From: Sporopachydermia quercuum
Taxonomy: Eukaryota
NCBI GenBank assembly: GCA_001599295.1
Contig: BCGN01000001.1
Coordinates: forward strand, 1,302,001 to 1,366,000
DNA: 64,000 bases
Direction: 5' to 3'
Shown piece by piece: positions 25,245 through 38,521 of this stretch; within the stretch, counting starts at the first letter, position 1, and every line of letters begins with the position of its first letter. A program made the position numbers and the translations under genes. Below the pieces are notes generated by a model. That model saw only the letters and a program-made list of their open reading frames with translations, had not been told where the DNA came from and did not search any database.

Positions 25245-25391
25245 TGCAATAGAATAGTTCTAAAGTTTTCGCCTCTGGCTTCAAACAGATGAACCATCAA
25301 ATACAAATTTCAGTATTGTAGTTGAGGATCTACTGTTCTTCGACATTTGTTTTCTCCTCTGGCTTTTTGAACTTTTTGATATTTTCTTCTT

Positions 25392-26252
25392 TCATGTTTC
25401 TGAAGACTTCTCGCTCTCATCTATAAGAAAAATATAATCATGAATATCATCACCAAAATTTATTACATCGCCCGATTTCAGCTCCACAAAGCGCTTGGAT
25501 GGTAATTCTTCTCGTGAAAGGTAAGTTCCATTGGTGGACTCCAAATCTATTAAGTACGGTTTTATGACATATTCCTTATTGAATTCACCAATTTCTCTTT
25601 TTCTATACTGAATCACGGCGTGCTGTTTTGAGCAGGAATCATCATTTATAGGTATCTCACACACAGAATTATCTCTCCCTATAAGGTACCAACTTTTGAA
25701 ATTCAATGGATACTTGTCTACTATCTCTTTTCCTTTAAATTTGTAAAGTAGAAATGTTCTCTTTTTCTCAGGTAGACTACTTTCTGGGGGCTCAACATAT
25801 TGTACTACTACTTCGTTTTTCTTCTTAGTGGACTTTGCTAGTAGTCCCGAATTTCCCAAGTTTGGTTTTTCTTTCTCAATAACTGTGTCAATACCATATT
25901 TTTTGTCCTCTCCTGACGATGTGTAAGTTGCAACGGTTGGCTTACCTAGTCCCCTGGTTGACCTATCATAATATCTATCATATTTATGTTGCTTTCTACC
26001 ATTATTTGAGCTGTATCCCCTTTCATTTAGTTGGTATCTTCTTTCATAACTTCGACCATTTTTATCATATCTATCATTCACATTCCTTTCATATGGTTGG
26101 TCTGAAAATCTCTCCTCATCCCAATCCTCTTTGAAAGTGCTGTCTCGTTGTCTGTAATTCTCACGTAAACCTCCAAAAGCTTCTCTTCTTTCATCTCGTT
26201 TCACTGGAGATCTTTCCCGATGATGAGGCTTCTGATCCCATTCATCACTCAT
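25392..26252 (-). CDS. PML1: FHA-domain RES-complex splicing factor (Pml1/SNIP1)
   Basis: Arg/Asp-rich N-terminus, KPNLGNSGLLA, YVEPPES and the FHA core YLIGRD...SCSKQHAVIQYR...PYLIDLESTNGTYL. Confidence 0.85.
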   Translation of the reverse strand: MSDEWDQKPHHRERSPVKRDERREAFGGLRENYRQRDSTFKEDWDEERFSDQPYERNVNDRYDKNGRSYERRYQLNERGYSSNNGRKQHKYDRYYDRSTRGLGKPTVATYTSSGEDKKYGIDTVIEKEKPNLGNSGLLAKSTKKKNEVVVQYVEPPESSLPEKKRTFLLYKFKGKEIVDKYPLNFKSWYLIGRDNSVCEIPINDDSCSKQHAVIQYRKREIGEFNKEYVIKPYLIDLESTNGTYLSREELPSKRFVELKSGDVINFGDDIHDYIFLIDESEKSSET

Positions 26253-26503
26253 TTTAATTATCTAACATATATCACGTAATTCTATGACCATTCATTCACT
26301 ATATGATTTCAAATTACAAAATCCCCTCTGTTCTTCTGGCATGTCGATTCGTACTAATTACCACCCATTCGTATCAACGAGTAAAACAACTTTGTAAACA
26401 TTGTATTTTAACCATCCACAATCGAACTCAGAATGTTTTTTATCACACACAAATCACAAAAAGTTATCTATCCTCTCTCAATTCAGTAAGGGGAACTTCA
26501 CGT

Positions 26504-26570
26504 CTCATCGTGTTATCTTTCACCTCCCAAAAATTTAGATTTGGTAAAGGTTAGTAAAAATTTTGCTCAT
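26504..26570. promoter_or_regulatory. PAC (CGATGAG on -) and RRPE-like (AAAAATTTT) ribosome-biogenesis motifs upstream of DBP4
   Basis: ctcatcg at 26504-26510 and aaaaatttt at 26556-26564, followed by gctcat. This fits the Ribi regulon membership expected for DBP4. Confidence 0.5.
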
Positions 26571-26815
26571 TATGGAGAATCTAAGCAAAGAGAATACCAG
26601 AACATAATAAATACATCAACAAGTACAGCAGCGAACAGAGTCTTAATAACTAGAATAGAGTTTAAAAATTCTTGTATAATTGTCGATAATCGAAGTTGGT
26701 GGTTGTTATTGTAGTGTACTGTTTGGTTGATCAACTTCTTAAGTGTGTCAAATAGTGTCTGAGATTACTAGTTCATTTGTTCACATCAAATTTGATATCA
26801 TATCAGTTTCGTATA

Positions 26816-29285
26816 ATGGCTAAAGGTAATGAGAAACAGAGAGGCATTGGTAGCCAGAAACGTAGTACAGATTTACGTAAACAACGAAGGAAACAAGAAG
26901 AGCAAAACTTGCTGAATTTGAAAAAAGCGGTAAAGGAATTTGTAAGTAAAGGGCTCCTTGAGGATTGAAACTCTTCTAAGAAAAGAAGATGGTTGAGAAA
27001 GCATCAGAGATGCACATCTGCTATCTATCTACATCTAATGGTAATATGTTACTAACAAAATCTTTTAGGATATTAAAAGCGAGTTTAGCAAGTTCTCTGA
27101 GTTACCTTTGAGTAAAGAAACACAAGAAGGATTAAAGAAGTCACATTTCTCTAGATTGACAGAAATTCAAAAGCAAAGTATAGTAAATGGATTAAGAGGA
27201 GCTGATCTTTTGGGAGCAGCGAAAACAGGATCAGGTAAAACCCTTGCATTCTTAATTCCAGTGCTGGAAAAGCTTTATCATGAAAAATGGACAAATCAAG
27301 ATGGTTTGGGTGCGCTGGTTATTTCTCCTACAAGAGAATTGGCTGTACAGATTTTTGAGGTCTTAAGAAAAATAGGCAGATACCATTCATTCTCTGCTGG
27401 TCTTGTTATTGGTGGTAAAGATGTTAAGGAGGAAATGAGACGAATCAGCAAATTGAATATTCTCATTGCTACCCCTGGTAGACTTCTACAGCATATGGAT
27501 CAAGCAGTCGGTTTAGATTGGACCAATCTTCAAATTCTTGTATTGGATGAAGCAGATCGAATTCTTGACATGGGTTTCCAAAGGACGGTTGACAATATTT
27601 TAAAGAATATTCCCAGAGAAAGACAAACTCTTTTGTTTTCTGCTACACAAACAAAATCCGTTTCCGACTTAGCTCGTCTCAGTTTAGTGGAGCCTATGTA
27701 TATCTCCACCGAAGTAGCAAATACATCTGCTACACCATCATCATTAGAACAGCATTATACAGTGGTACCCCTTGAAAAGAAACTAGACGTTTTATACAGC
27801 TTTTTGAAATCACACTTGAAAAGCAAGATTCTAGTGTTCTTCTCTTCGTCTAAACAAGTGAGATTTGTTTTTGAAACATTTCGAACTCTACAACCTGGTA
27901 TTCCATTATTGCACCTTCATGGAAGACAGAAACAAACAGCAAGAATGGAATTCACCAATAAATTCTCTTCAGCACAATATTCTTGTTTGTTTGCTACTGA
28001 TTTAGTTGCCAGAGGTATCGATTTTCCTTCTGTTGATTGGGTCATTCAAGTTGACGCACCTGAAGATTCTGCAACATATATTCATAGGGTCGGTCGTTCG
28101 GCAAGATTTGGTAAATCAGGTAAGGCTTTATTGATGTTAACACCTTTTGAAGAGCCGGGTATGCTAAAACGCTTGGAAGCTAAAAACATTCATCTTGACA
28201 AGCTTAACATTAAGGAAAGCAAACTGAAATCAATCAAGAATCAATTACAGGCATTATGCTTTAAGGATCCAGAAATAAAATATATAGGTCAAAAGGCATT
28301 CATATCATACTTCAGATCCATATATGTTCAAAAAGATAAAGAAATCTTTAACGTGAAAGATTTACCAGCTGAAAAGTATGCAGAAAGTCTTGGTTTACCT
28401 GGCGCTCCTAAGATCAAGATTTTAGGTAACTCTGAAAAGATTAAGGAAAAGAAGAACGAATCTAGAAAGTTGAAGAAGTTGCTCAGAGATGCTGATTCTG
28501 ATGGTGAGATAGAAAATAAAGACACCAACACCGTTAGAACCAAATATGATAAAATGTTTGAAAGAAAGAATCAAAATGTTTTATCCGAACATTACCTTGA
28601 CCTTACTGGAACAGCATCAAATGGAAGCACTGAAGATAATGATGAAGATGGCGGGGATGATTTCCTACAGGTTAAGCGTGCTGATCACAATCTGGTTGAA
28701 GACTTACTTGACTTGACTCAGCCTGTTTCTAAGAGACAAATGAAGAAAGCACTTTCAAAGAAAGCAACTGTAGCTGGATCGGGTAAACCTCAGAAGCTCT
28801 TGTTCGATGAGGAAGGTAAGCCGCATGAGTTATATGAACTTGCAAATGAAGAAGACTTCGAGAAAGCTGGTAATGCAAGTGAACAAATTGAGAAGTTTGT
28901 CACTAAAGAAAGACAAGAAATGGAGTTTGTAGATACAGAGGATAAGGAAGTAGCAAGAAATAAACGAATAGAAAAGAAAAGGAAAAGAAAGGAAGCTGAA
29001 AGGTCGGCAATGGGTGGTGATAATTATGATGATGACGAAAACGACGATGATGATAGAGGAGTTGCATATCTCGCTGGTGCATCTGATAATGAGGAATACG
29101 ATAGCAATGATGGTGACAATTCTGATGATGAGAATGATGGGTCAAATTCTCCTCCTGCAAAGAAAAACAGAAAATGGTTCCAAGATGATTCCGATGCATC
29201 TGATAATGGAGTTGTCGAGATTGAAGATCCTCAAACTTTGGAAGACCTTGAATCTCTTTCTCGTAAACTTCTTAATAATGATTAG
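26816..29285 (+). CDS. DBP4: DEAD-box RNA helicase Dbp4/Hca4/DDX10 (2 exons: 26816-26941, 27069-29285)
   Basis: [26 protein letters not shown] and HRVGRSAR, plus the Dbp4-specific [20 protein letters not shown]. Phase-0 intron 26942-27068 (GTAAGT...TACTAAC...TAG). Confidence 0.93.
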
Positions 29286-29611
29286 TCAAGAGATAAAGTG
29301 GAGTCTCGTATAGACTTTGTTCTTCTCTTACTCGCGTATAATGCATGAAATATATGTACAGTTTCCTACAATCAGCTCTGTAAAGACATCCTATGTAACT
29401 ATTTTACCTTCACCCATTGCTATTGTATGCTTATTATTCTGAAATTGTTTCAAAGATTTTGCAGTTGATGATTTTGGTGCTTTCCGCTAACTTCTTTCCA
29501 ATCCGACCTCCAAAATCTACGTTGACATCCAATACCTTCTAGAGTTAGATACTCGGGGAGATTCCTACCAATAATTGGTAATATATTGTTATGTCCATAA
29601 TAATCCAGACA

Positions 29612-29872
29612 TTATATTGAACCGATCACAGCCTTATTAGGATCATACCCAGAATAATCACCACCATCACTGTCTTCATCTTCAATCTTGGTGTTGATTA
29701 TACTTCTTCTTGCATTTGGTTCACTTCTTGCGGCAGCTGTTCGTTTCCTTGGAATGTTATCAAGCTTATCTCTACTAGGAATCATTCCTGCTTGTCGTAA
29801 TTCAATATCAACATCCTTGGGTGTTTTGTTCTGTTTCTTTAAGAGTTCCTGTTTCAATTGCTCTCCGTTCAT
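29612..29872 (-). CDS. Possible small hypothetical protein (86 aa)
   Basis: ATG in A-rich context (TCAAAATG), charged hydrophilic composition and located in an otherwise empty 1.6 kb gap. No family recognised. Confidence 0.3.
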   Translation of the reverse strand: MNGEQLKQELLKKQNKTPKDVDIELRQAGMIPSRDKLDNIPRKRTAAARSEPNARRSIINTKIEDEDSDGGDYSGYDPNKAVIGSI

Positions 29873-30875
29873 TTTGATTAATTATGACGAATCTATTTGT
29901 AGCATGGAAAGAATAAATAATGATCCGATGATAATAATAATTCCCGTGATTGCATGAAACTCTTCTTTCTTTAGACGTAACGCAACAGCTTGGTTTTATG
30001 TATTTATTCTTTGAAAACGATGAATCAATCATCAAATTTCCGGCCATAGAAAAAATGAGAATATTATTACAAGTCTTCGATATAACTCATTTATCCTCTG
30101 TTTGTTATAGAGTATTCACTTCGCTTCCTGTTCTATATATACTTAGATATGTTTCAAACTAGGAGTTGGTCTTCATGCACCTGCCTGAACAGAATGTTAC
30201 TTTGTGATGTATGAACTTTCAATGTCTGACCTTATGTCACTTCAAAGAACAATTAAATTGATACACAGGAGAACATAATCATAATAAGTAATATCCTAAT
30301 ATGTTTTGCTATTTTTTGTTGTGGACTATCCTATAATTATAAATAACAAATTGGTCTCAAAATTATCCGTTACATTCCCTATACGCTTAAACTGTATTAC
30401 GTGAAGGTAAAAATTCGTTTTCATATGAAAAAGATTCTGCTAAATCAAATTTGCGCATTTATTTTATTATTCCTATATGTAACAAGATAACAAAACTCAT
30501 ATCAGAATTACATTAATTGTTACAAATATATTATATTAGATGATACCAATCTGGTAAAGGTAAAATAAATGAGTAGGGCCTGTAACTTATTGAATTTTAT
30601 GCGAACAGCTGATGAATCTTGATGAAAGGGATTTGAAAGAATAAAATGGAGATTAAAACAACAAGATTGTGAGATTATTGCAGCATCAAATAAATAAAAA
30701 TTACTAACTGTTGGCGAGAGGAGTGAGAGGATTGATCTGTAAGGAAACAGAAAGACCAAAAATTATAGCCGATGAGAGATACTGTGGAACAACTGAAAAC
30801 CGCAAAAGCGTCAAACAAGTTTCTCTTTAGAAGAATTCACCTAACAAACTCCTATCATAACACATAGCGTTAATT

Positions 30876-32197
30876 ATGTCACTATCAACATCAGTTTCAC
30901 CAAAAAAAAGGAATTACTCATCGCCTGGCGATTTGAGTGAAAACACTTTAAAACCATCCATAATGAGATTATCACAACCTTTCATTAGCGAACTACAGAT
31001 CAACACATATAGATCTCAGTCAATGCCCCATATAAGTCCAAAGCAATACCAAGATCTCATGTTCAATACTAAGGAATTCATGCAGAGCATATCAGAAGTA
31101 CTAAGTTTGTAAGTAAAATAGTACCTATTCCACCCACTACTGGTGCCAAAGCTAATGATTCAGAACTAAGACTAACGACATCCTATTTTCATGTTATCTA
31201 GACCCTCAAGAGTTATTGGTGTTGCTTTAACACTATTCCAAAGATACTTTCTTCACAATTCATTAAAGCAAGAACTAATTCAGGTATGTTACCAAACCAT
31301 CGAGAAGAGAAGGACATTGTTATATTTGACAGTAGTCGACATTTTTTGATTCTCAAACTGACAATACCGTTTCCAGGATATTTCAATCATTTGCTTGTTC
31401 ATAGCAGTGAAAACAGAAGATACAGTAAAGAAGCTTAGAGATATAATAGTAGCCGTTCATAAAGTACAACAGAAATCATGTAACTTTGATTTGATAGAAA
31501 GAAGAAGGAAGGTAATTGCTCCGTTGGAAAGGCATGTTATAGAATCAATTGACTTTGATTTCAGGATATTGCATGCTGAAGAATATACCATAAAAGTAGC
31601 AAAAAAAGTAAGAGCAAAGGAAGAAACCGCCATGTTGGCATGGTGCATCTGTCTAGATGCTTATGTTACTGATATTGCATTGGAAGTACCTGCTCATAAT
31701 ATTGCATTGGCATGTGTCATACTAGCAGGTAAACTATGTAAAGATAGCATCTTCCCATTGAATGCTAGCGATTTCTACTGTGAAAAAGATTCCGTCAGAG
31801 GTATGTTGGTATCGCTAAGAAGAAAGACAAAATGAGGAAGAACTCGGAAAGATCTTTCTATATGTTGTTCTAATGTTAATCATACTAACAACTTTCAGAC
31901 TCACTAATAGAACTAACACATTTATTCATAAACTTCAGCCATCGTACCGAATTAATGAAAATCTGGAGGTTCTCTCCTCAAAATTTTCTGGATATTCAAC
32001 AGGAAATGAAATTACCTTCAAAAAAGGAAAACTTTGCATTGAGGAATCGGATGCTGAAAATCGATGGCCAACCATTCTACAAACTAAGAGATTCTTCAGT
32101 GAGTGATAAAGGTACTATGAGGTATTTCTATGGTCCATCAAATGAAAGATTTACTGTTGAGGTTGCTAGAACATTCGATAGCAAGAAATCTCAATAA
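30876..32197 (+). CDS. CTK2: RNA pol II CTD kinase cyclin (Ctk2/cyclin K-like; 4 exons: 30876-31108, 31202-31283, 31377-31800, 31899-32197)
   Basis: Three GT-AG introns join ORF fragments into LPSRVIGVALTLFQRYFLHN...DISIICLFIAVKTEDTVKKLRDI...LERHVIESIDFDFR (cyclin box) and C-terminal KGTMRYF. Confidence 0.8.
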
Positions 32198-32276
32198 AAC
32201 GACAACTATTATCAATAAGTATCATTTATATACCTTCCTCTCACTAAGGATAATAATTAAATCCATAAGCCATCAA

Positions 32277-33452
32277 TCACTCGGGAAAGAGCTCCTGTTT
32301 CCATGAAAGGTATCTTTGTTTTCTATATGGATCCTTTTCAACTAGTTTACCTAATAAAATCTGTATAACATTCTTATCCTCATCACTGAATTTCTTCGAC
32401 TGTAGTTTATACAAATACTGTGTATAATATACAATTGAATCAATGCACCATTTACTAGATTCTTCCATCTCGTATAATTCTTTTATGGAGCTTAATTCTG
32501 ATTCAAGTACTTCAATTAAAGCTGTTGTATCAATTCGTTTCACCAAATCATCGGACGTAATAAGCCAACGATGATATATCCAAGCGGATTGATCTTCTGG
32601 ATCCATGAAAATTGCTTGTTTTACATACTCTAGCTCTGATAACAAGAATTTTAGAAGATCATTGATCTGAAAGTTCTCGCATCCTGAATCAATAAGCCTA
32701 GGAATCAGTTTTGATCTATTATGCCATGCAGAAAAATTTGAGAAATTTTTATTAATTCTTTTGGTGGTGTATTCGAACTCCTCTTTCAACATAGGTTCTC
32801 CACTAATAGTTTCAATATTTCCTACAACATATCTTCTATAATGCCATCCAAAGAAGTTTCGTTCGTCCATATCTAGCAACATATTAACAAGACCTAGTTC
32901 CTTCATCCAATCAGCTTTAGGATGCGATTCAAGGCACCATCTTCTATGATTCCAAATCCAATAGGATTTTGGATAAGACTTCATCTTCTTAGTGATGAAA
33001 TCTAGTTCTTGATTCAGCAGAAGAATCTTACGGTCATTTTCACCTTCAGTTCTAGATTCTTCACCACATGATGGGTTGGTGAATAAGCCATTGATAAGAA
33101 TCCTTCTACGGAAATTCCATATAGTATAGAACTCAGGGTTCAAATCTAGTAGTTCCGTGGTATGCTTGAACGATTCAGCATCATATTTTTCTTTCTCTTT
33201 CTCATCTAGTACTAATTTCTCTAGTGATCTGTACTTTTCAATTTGCACCTTCTCCTTTCTCCTCTTCTCTTCTAACACTTCTTTACTATGTCGAACCCTT
33301 CTTATACCATGCTGAACAGCGTTAGTTAGTATTTACTATACTGTATACTTCGATCAGCGCCAAAAAACACCAACAGTTTGAATCAGAAACTCAGAGGCTC
33401 AATTGTCAACATAATAATGAAAGGATCATCTCCTTCTGCTCAAACTTACCAT
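32277..33452 (-). CDS. BET4: Rab geranylgeranyltransferase (GGTase II) alpha subunit (exon 1 = ATG only, 33452-33450; exon 2 33311-32277)
   Basis: PPTA repeats NPEFYTIWNFRR, PKSYWIWNHRRW, ERNFFGWHYRR, NFSNFSAWHNRS and DPEDQSAWIYHRW. Intron 33449-33312 restores the conserved MHG start. Confidence 0.92.
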
Positions 33453-34122
33453 TATGGGACGCTAAGGAACGGTAAAGTTATATTAACAGCAATAAGGCGT
33501 CAGCTTCAAAAATAAACCAGTCTATATTTAAACCCTATGCTTCAATTGTCGAACGGAACTATCTATTTCACCACCATACCTTAGAAGCGAACCTCATTTC
33601 TTTGTATTCTCAACTACCTTTATATTAGTTCAATCTCGCCGTCTCAATACAGGTGCTAATTGATACTCTTCAATATTTTTCTTCACGTTGAGTCTCCATT
33701 CACAAGATGGGAGCTCTGAAGATATTCATTGACTTCTCATGGATTACCATACCAAAGGGGAAACTTGTTTACTTGATAGCTTGATTTAGTAGAGAGGTGT
33801 ATGTAGTAAATCGTTAGTTTTCGTTAAAAAGTTCATTATTGCTCGTAAGATTTAAGTGGAAAGTGGATATCTTGAGGTCAATGAATGATTTCTAATTGTC
33901 TGAATATGCAAAATAAAAGAAATTTTTGGATGCAAGGCTACAAGGTGTTGTAAACAGAGCATCACAGGAAATTGACAAGCGCAGAGTACTATATTTGATC
34001 ATCTGTTACACTGTGATTCATCGGACTGTTTCATTAATTTAGAGCGAAAGTGACACGAAAATAATCTAGTGGTCTTCAAAGATAACATAGTGACTAGGCT
34101 TGATAATAATCTGAAAATTAAA

Positions 34123-35074
34123 ATGAGCAGTAATTCGAATAGCGAAGCTGAATCTAGAAAAGAAGGAGAAGCTCCAACAAGGTCTAGACTATCTATCAGA
34201 GGCTCCTCGAAGATTGTATCCGAATTCTTCGGTATGTTAGTAGTAATGGAGCTAGCCACTTCTATATATGCCTCTGGGAAGGAATAAAAAAGAATTGGTT
34301 TCATTTTTATTTTTATTTACTAACAGCATTATCAAATAGAATACAGTATCAATTCAATCTTGTATCAAAGAGGTATATACCCCCCAGATGATTTTCAGAT
34401 TGTGAAGAAGTATGGATTAAACCTTTTGGTGACTGTTGATGATGAAGTTAAAGCATATATTAGAAGGATAATGTCTCAATTGCACAGTAAGTATTATAAT
34501 CTGATAGCACTGGGGTAGCGGCAAAAAATGGTGAAGTAAAGTGGCTAAACCTTTTAGATAATTGTTTAACTGAGGACTAACATTTATACAACTAGAATGG
34601 GTCGTTGGGGGACAAATATCAAGGTTGGTTGTTGTGATAACTGATCGTGATACCACAGAAGTAGTTGAAAGATGGCAGTTCGACGTGGAAGTGATAGTTG
34701 AAGATGATAAAACGTCGGAGAATAAAGAAAACATAGCTACTACGAACACAGCACAACCAACAATGAAAGCCAATAATACGAAGGTATCACAAGATAAAAC
34801 ACTACCTGAGATTCAAGCTGAAATTAGAGCCATAATTCGTCAAATCACAGCATCAGTCACATTTCTACCAGAATTACAAGGTGGTCACTTGAGTTATACA
34901 TTTAACGTACTTGTATACGCTGATAAAGATGCCAAAGTTCCTAGTGAATGGATTGATTCAGATCCCAAGGAAATCACAGGAAGTATAAGTGAACAAGTAA
35001 AGCTAAGAAGTTTTACCACTAATAATCATAAGGTCGATACATTAGTGTCTTACCGAATGAACGACGCGTATTGA
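34123..35074 (+). CDS. MAD2: Spindle assembly checkpoint HORMA protein (3 exons: 34123-34231, 34340-34486, 34596-35074)
   Basis: Spliced [56 protein letters not shown] and LRSFTTNNHKVDTLVSY. Confidence 0.93.
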
Positions 35075-35483
35075 GTGATATATTAATTGGTAGTTAGTTT
35101 TAGCTAGTTGAAACAATTTTCTATGTTCTCTTTCTTTAGTTATGTATAAGATTAATTCTATTTGGTACCTGGTAAGCATGGATCATGTGGTTAGTTTGTA
35201 TCTATCGTATCCTACGGTTTGTAAGTTTAAAACAACAAAGTAATTTTTTAGTTTGGATTTCTTATTTAGAAGAACTTTTATACACGATATCAGCAAACTA
35301 AGCGCCTGTGGTATGGAATAATATGTAAAACACAAGCCTTAAAATAATCTGACAAACTATCTGTGATTCAATGGTATGACATAACAGAAAGTCAAGAAAA
35401 CAGAAAGGTATATATATATATGTAGTTAAGAATTGTTGAACGAACTTTGCTCCATATTATAAAGTAGGAAATCATAAAATGCT

Positions 35484-37517
35484 TTACAACTCATCATGGT
35501 CGAAATCAAATTCGAAATCTTCATCATCATCATCATCAGCACCAGTATCACCATCACCACCTGCACTACCATACATCTTGGAAGTGATAGGATAGGCAAC
35601 TTGGCTCAACTTTTCTTTTTGTTCTTCAATTTCTTCAGCGGTAGCACTATCAGCATTGTCTTCAATCCACTCCAAAGTATCCTTGACAGCATCCAAAAGA
35701 ACTTCCTTGTCATCGTCAGAAATATGTCCCCCAAATCCTTCCGGATCATTGACCTGATTCTTCAAAGACATGGCATAGTTCTCCAAACCATTCTTAGCTT
35801 CGATTTTTGCTCTTAATTGAGCATCTTCTTCGGCATATTTTTCAGCTTCAGCAACCATTCTGTCAATATCCTCTTGAGATAATCTACCCTTGTCGTTCTT
35901 GATAGTAATAGATTCAGACTTACCAGTTCCCTTGTCAGTAGCGGCAACCTTCAAAATTCCGTTAGCATCAAGTTCAAATGTAACTTCAATTTGAGGGACA
36001 CCTCTTGGGGCAGGTGGGATACCGTTTAATTCGAATTTACCTAATAAGTTGTTATCCTTAGCTAAAGTTCTTTCACCTTCAAAGACTTGAATCAAAACAG
36101 TAGCTTGGTTATCAGCAGCTGTGGAGAAAATTTGGGACTTTCTGGTAGGAATAGCACTGTTTCTGTTGATTAACTTAGTCATGATACCACCTGTAGTTTC
36201 AATGCCTAAAGTCAGAGGATTAACATCAATGAGAACAATGTCATCTACACCTTCTTCTCCAGAAAGAACACCTGCCTGAACAGCAGCACCATAAGCAACA
36301 GCTTCATCAGGATTGATACCCTTACTGGCCTTCTTTCCATCAAAAAACTTCTCTAATAGTTCTTGTACCTTGGGAATTCTGGTAGAACCACCAACCAACA
36401 CAATATCATCAATATCAGATTTCTTTAAACCAGCATCCTTCAGAACTTGTTCAACTGGTTTCAAGGTATTTCTGAACATATCCATATTCAGTTCCTCAAA
36501 CTTAGCTCTGGTTAGAGTTTCACTGAAATCAACACCATCGAACAAGGAGTCAATCTCAATTCTCGTTGACATTTGTGATGACAGAGTTCTCTTTGCCTTT
36601 TCAGCTTCTCTCTTTAGCTTACCTAGGGCCTTGGGATTTCCTGTGATATCAGCATCGTACTTCTTTTGGATCAATTTAGTGAAATATCTGACAATCTTGT
36701 AATCGAAATCTTCACCACCTAAATGAGTATCACCAGCAGTTGCTAAGACTTCAAAAACACCACCTTCAATAGAGAGAAGGGAGACATCGAAAGTACCACC
36801 ACCTAAATCGTAAACGATAATTTGCTTTTCGCCATCAGTCTTGTCCAATCCGTAGGCGATAGCAGCAGCAGTTGGTTCATTAACGATTCTCAAAACGTTC
36901 AAACCAGCAATCACACCAGCGTCTTTAGTGGCTTGTCTTTGAGCATCGTTGAAGTAAGCAGGAACGGTAACAACAGCATGGGTAACTTTCTTTCCTAGAT
37001 AGTCTTCAGCAATTTGCTTCATCTTACCGAGAACCATACCAGAAATTTCTTCAGGAGTAAATTGTTTAACATCTTCATTTACTTCTACTTCAACCACGGG
37101 TCTGTTGTCCTTGTTGACAACCTTGAAAGGATAATGCTTGATATCTTTTTGAACAGTCTTGTCATCATATTTCAGACCGATCAGTCTCTTGATATCAAAA
37201 ACTGTATTATGAGGATTGGTGGCAGCTTGATTCTTAGCAGCATCACCCACTAACCTTTCACCTGGAACAAATGCAACATATGAAGGAGTAATTCTGTTAC
37301 CTTGGTCATTTGCTAAAATTTCCACTCTACCATTCTTCATAACACCCACACATGAGTATGTAGTACCGAGATCGATACCAATAACTGTACCATACTCTTC
37401 AACATCATCAGCTTGAACAAGTGCTCCGTGTCCTGATTGATAAAATGGGAAAGCTACTAATGTCAACAGCACCACAACCAATGAGAATGGCAAGAAAAAT
37501 CGTGATAATCGTGCCAT
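35484..37517 (-). CDS. KAR2: ER Hsp70 chaperone BiP
   Basis: Signal peptide [37 protein letters not shown] and C-terminal HDEL. ATG at 37517. Confidence 0.97.
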   Translation of the reverse strand: MARLSRFFLPFSLVVVLLTLVAFPFYQSGHGALVQADDVEEYGTVIGIDLGTTYSCVGVMKNGRVEILANDQGNRITPSYVAFVPGERLVGDAAKNQAATNPHNTVFDIKRLIGLKYDDKTVQKDIKHYPFKVVNKDNRPVVEVEVNEDVKQFTPEEISGMVLGKMKQIAEDYLGKKVTHAVVTVPAYFNDAQRQATKDAGVIAGLNVLRIVNEPTAAAIAYGLDKTDGEKQIIVYDLGGGTFDVSLLSIEGGVFEVLATAGDTHLGGEDFDYKIVRYFTKLIQKKYDADITGNPKALGKLKREAEKAKRTLSSQMSTRIEIDSLFDGVDFSETLTRAKFEELNMDMFRNTLKPVEQVLKDAGLKKSDIDDIVLVGGSTRIPKVQELLEKFFDGKKASKGINPDEAVAYGAAVQAGVLSGEEGVDDIVLIDVNPLTLGIETTGGIMTKLINRNSAIPTRKSQIFSTAADNQATVLIQVFEGERTLAKDNNLLGKFELNGIPPAPRGVPQIEVTFELDANGILKVAATDKGTGKSESITIKNDKGRLSQEDIDRMVAEAEKYAEEDAQLRAKIEAKNGLENYAMSLKNQVNDPEGFGGHISDDDKEVLLDAVKDTLEWIEDNADSATAEEIEEQKEKLSQVAYPITSKMYGSAGGDGDTGADDDDDEDFEFDFDHDEL

Positions 37518-38521
37518 CGTGAAATAATCCTTGGGGTTATTCAATGATCAATACTTTTATAGATCGTATTGTACCTCGCCGAATCAATAAAATTACCACC
37601 CAACAACTTATTGTAATGTAATGAATTATCGATTATTAAATACTACTTCTAATAAATAATAATCGTAACCATTGAAAAAGTCAATCGTTCTAGTATCACA
37701 ATCAATCAATCAATAAAACCAGCAAGAAATTGAGATCAACTTTTATCAAATCAATATTTCAAGTGCTTCTCAGGTAGGAATCAAGTAGACGCAATACTCT
37801 TTCTTAAATATAATGGAATTTCCTAATGGACAGGTCACAGGTTTTCCACCTTTCCATTAACGTTTCCTTTAGTTTCTCTTCTCTTTCCGAAATGGCAACG
37901 TAATGGCCATCTGAGCCTAATTTGGTAATAGCGTTCGTAACGTTCGTAACGTTTAATGAGAGATGATCCGGATAGGCTATGATTGAAAAAATTTAATTTG
38001 TAAGGTGACACTCTAACTGAAAAGAAAAGATAATGACCAGTTGACATTGAATAGCGTGGTGGCTATTGTTGTGGCAATTATGCTTTATATAGATAAAATG
38101 TGTTTATGTGGTGTTCTAGTGATAAACTGGCACAAAAATAACGATAATGCTCATCTCATATCAACAAACAGCAAACAGTTGACAGGGTAGTTCTTCCTGT
38201 GCACAAAGAACTAAAATCGGGAACGTGTACTTTCAACGAAAAGACGGAAAAAATACTATTGTAAGAATACGAGAGCAGATAATTAAGTGTAGCTTTATTG
38301 ATCAAATATTGACTGAAAGATATGTGGATTGGCAAGGTAAACACAATCATTTTTGTTATCCAATTGATCTACAGACCTGTGAATAGCTAGACATCAACCA
38401 ATAAGTAAGTTAAATTAAATTTCTCCAGTTAACTACTCCATCGACGATTCTTAAGATTAGTGCAACAGAATAAACCACATCTCCTTTCTTTCATCTACTT
38501 TCTACATCAATAAGAAAGAAC

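Noticed and set aside
38052..38060. TAGCGTG resembling the KAR2 UPRE core (CAGCGTG)
   Set aside because: It has one mismatch in a 7-mer and the flanks do not match; insufficient support.
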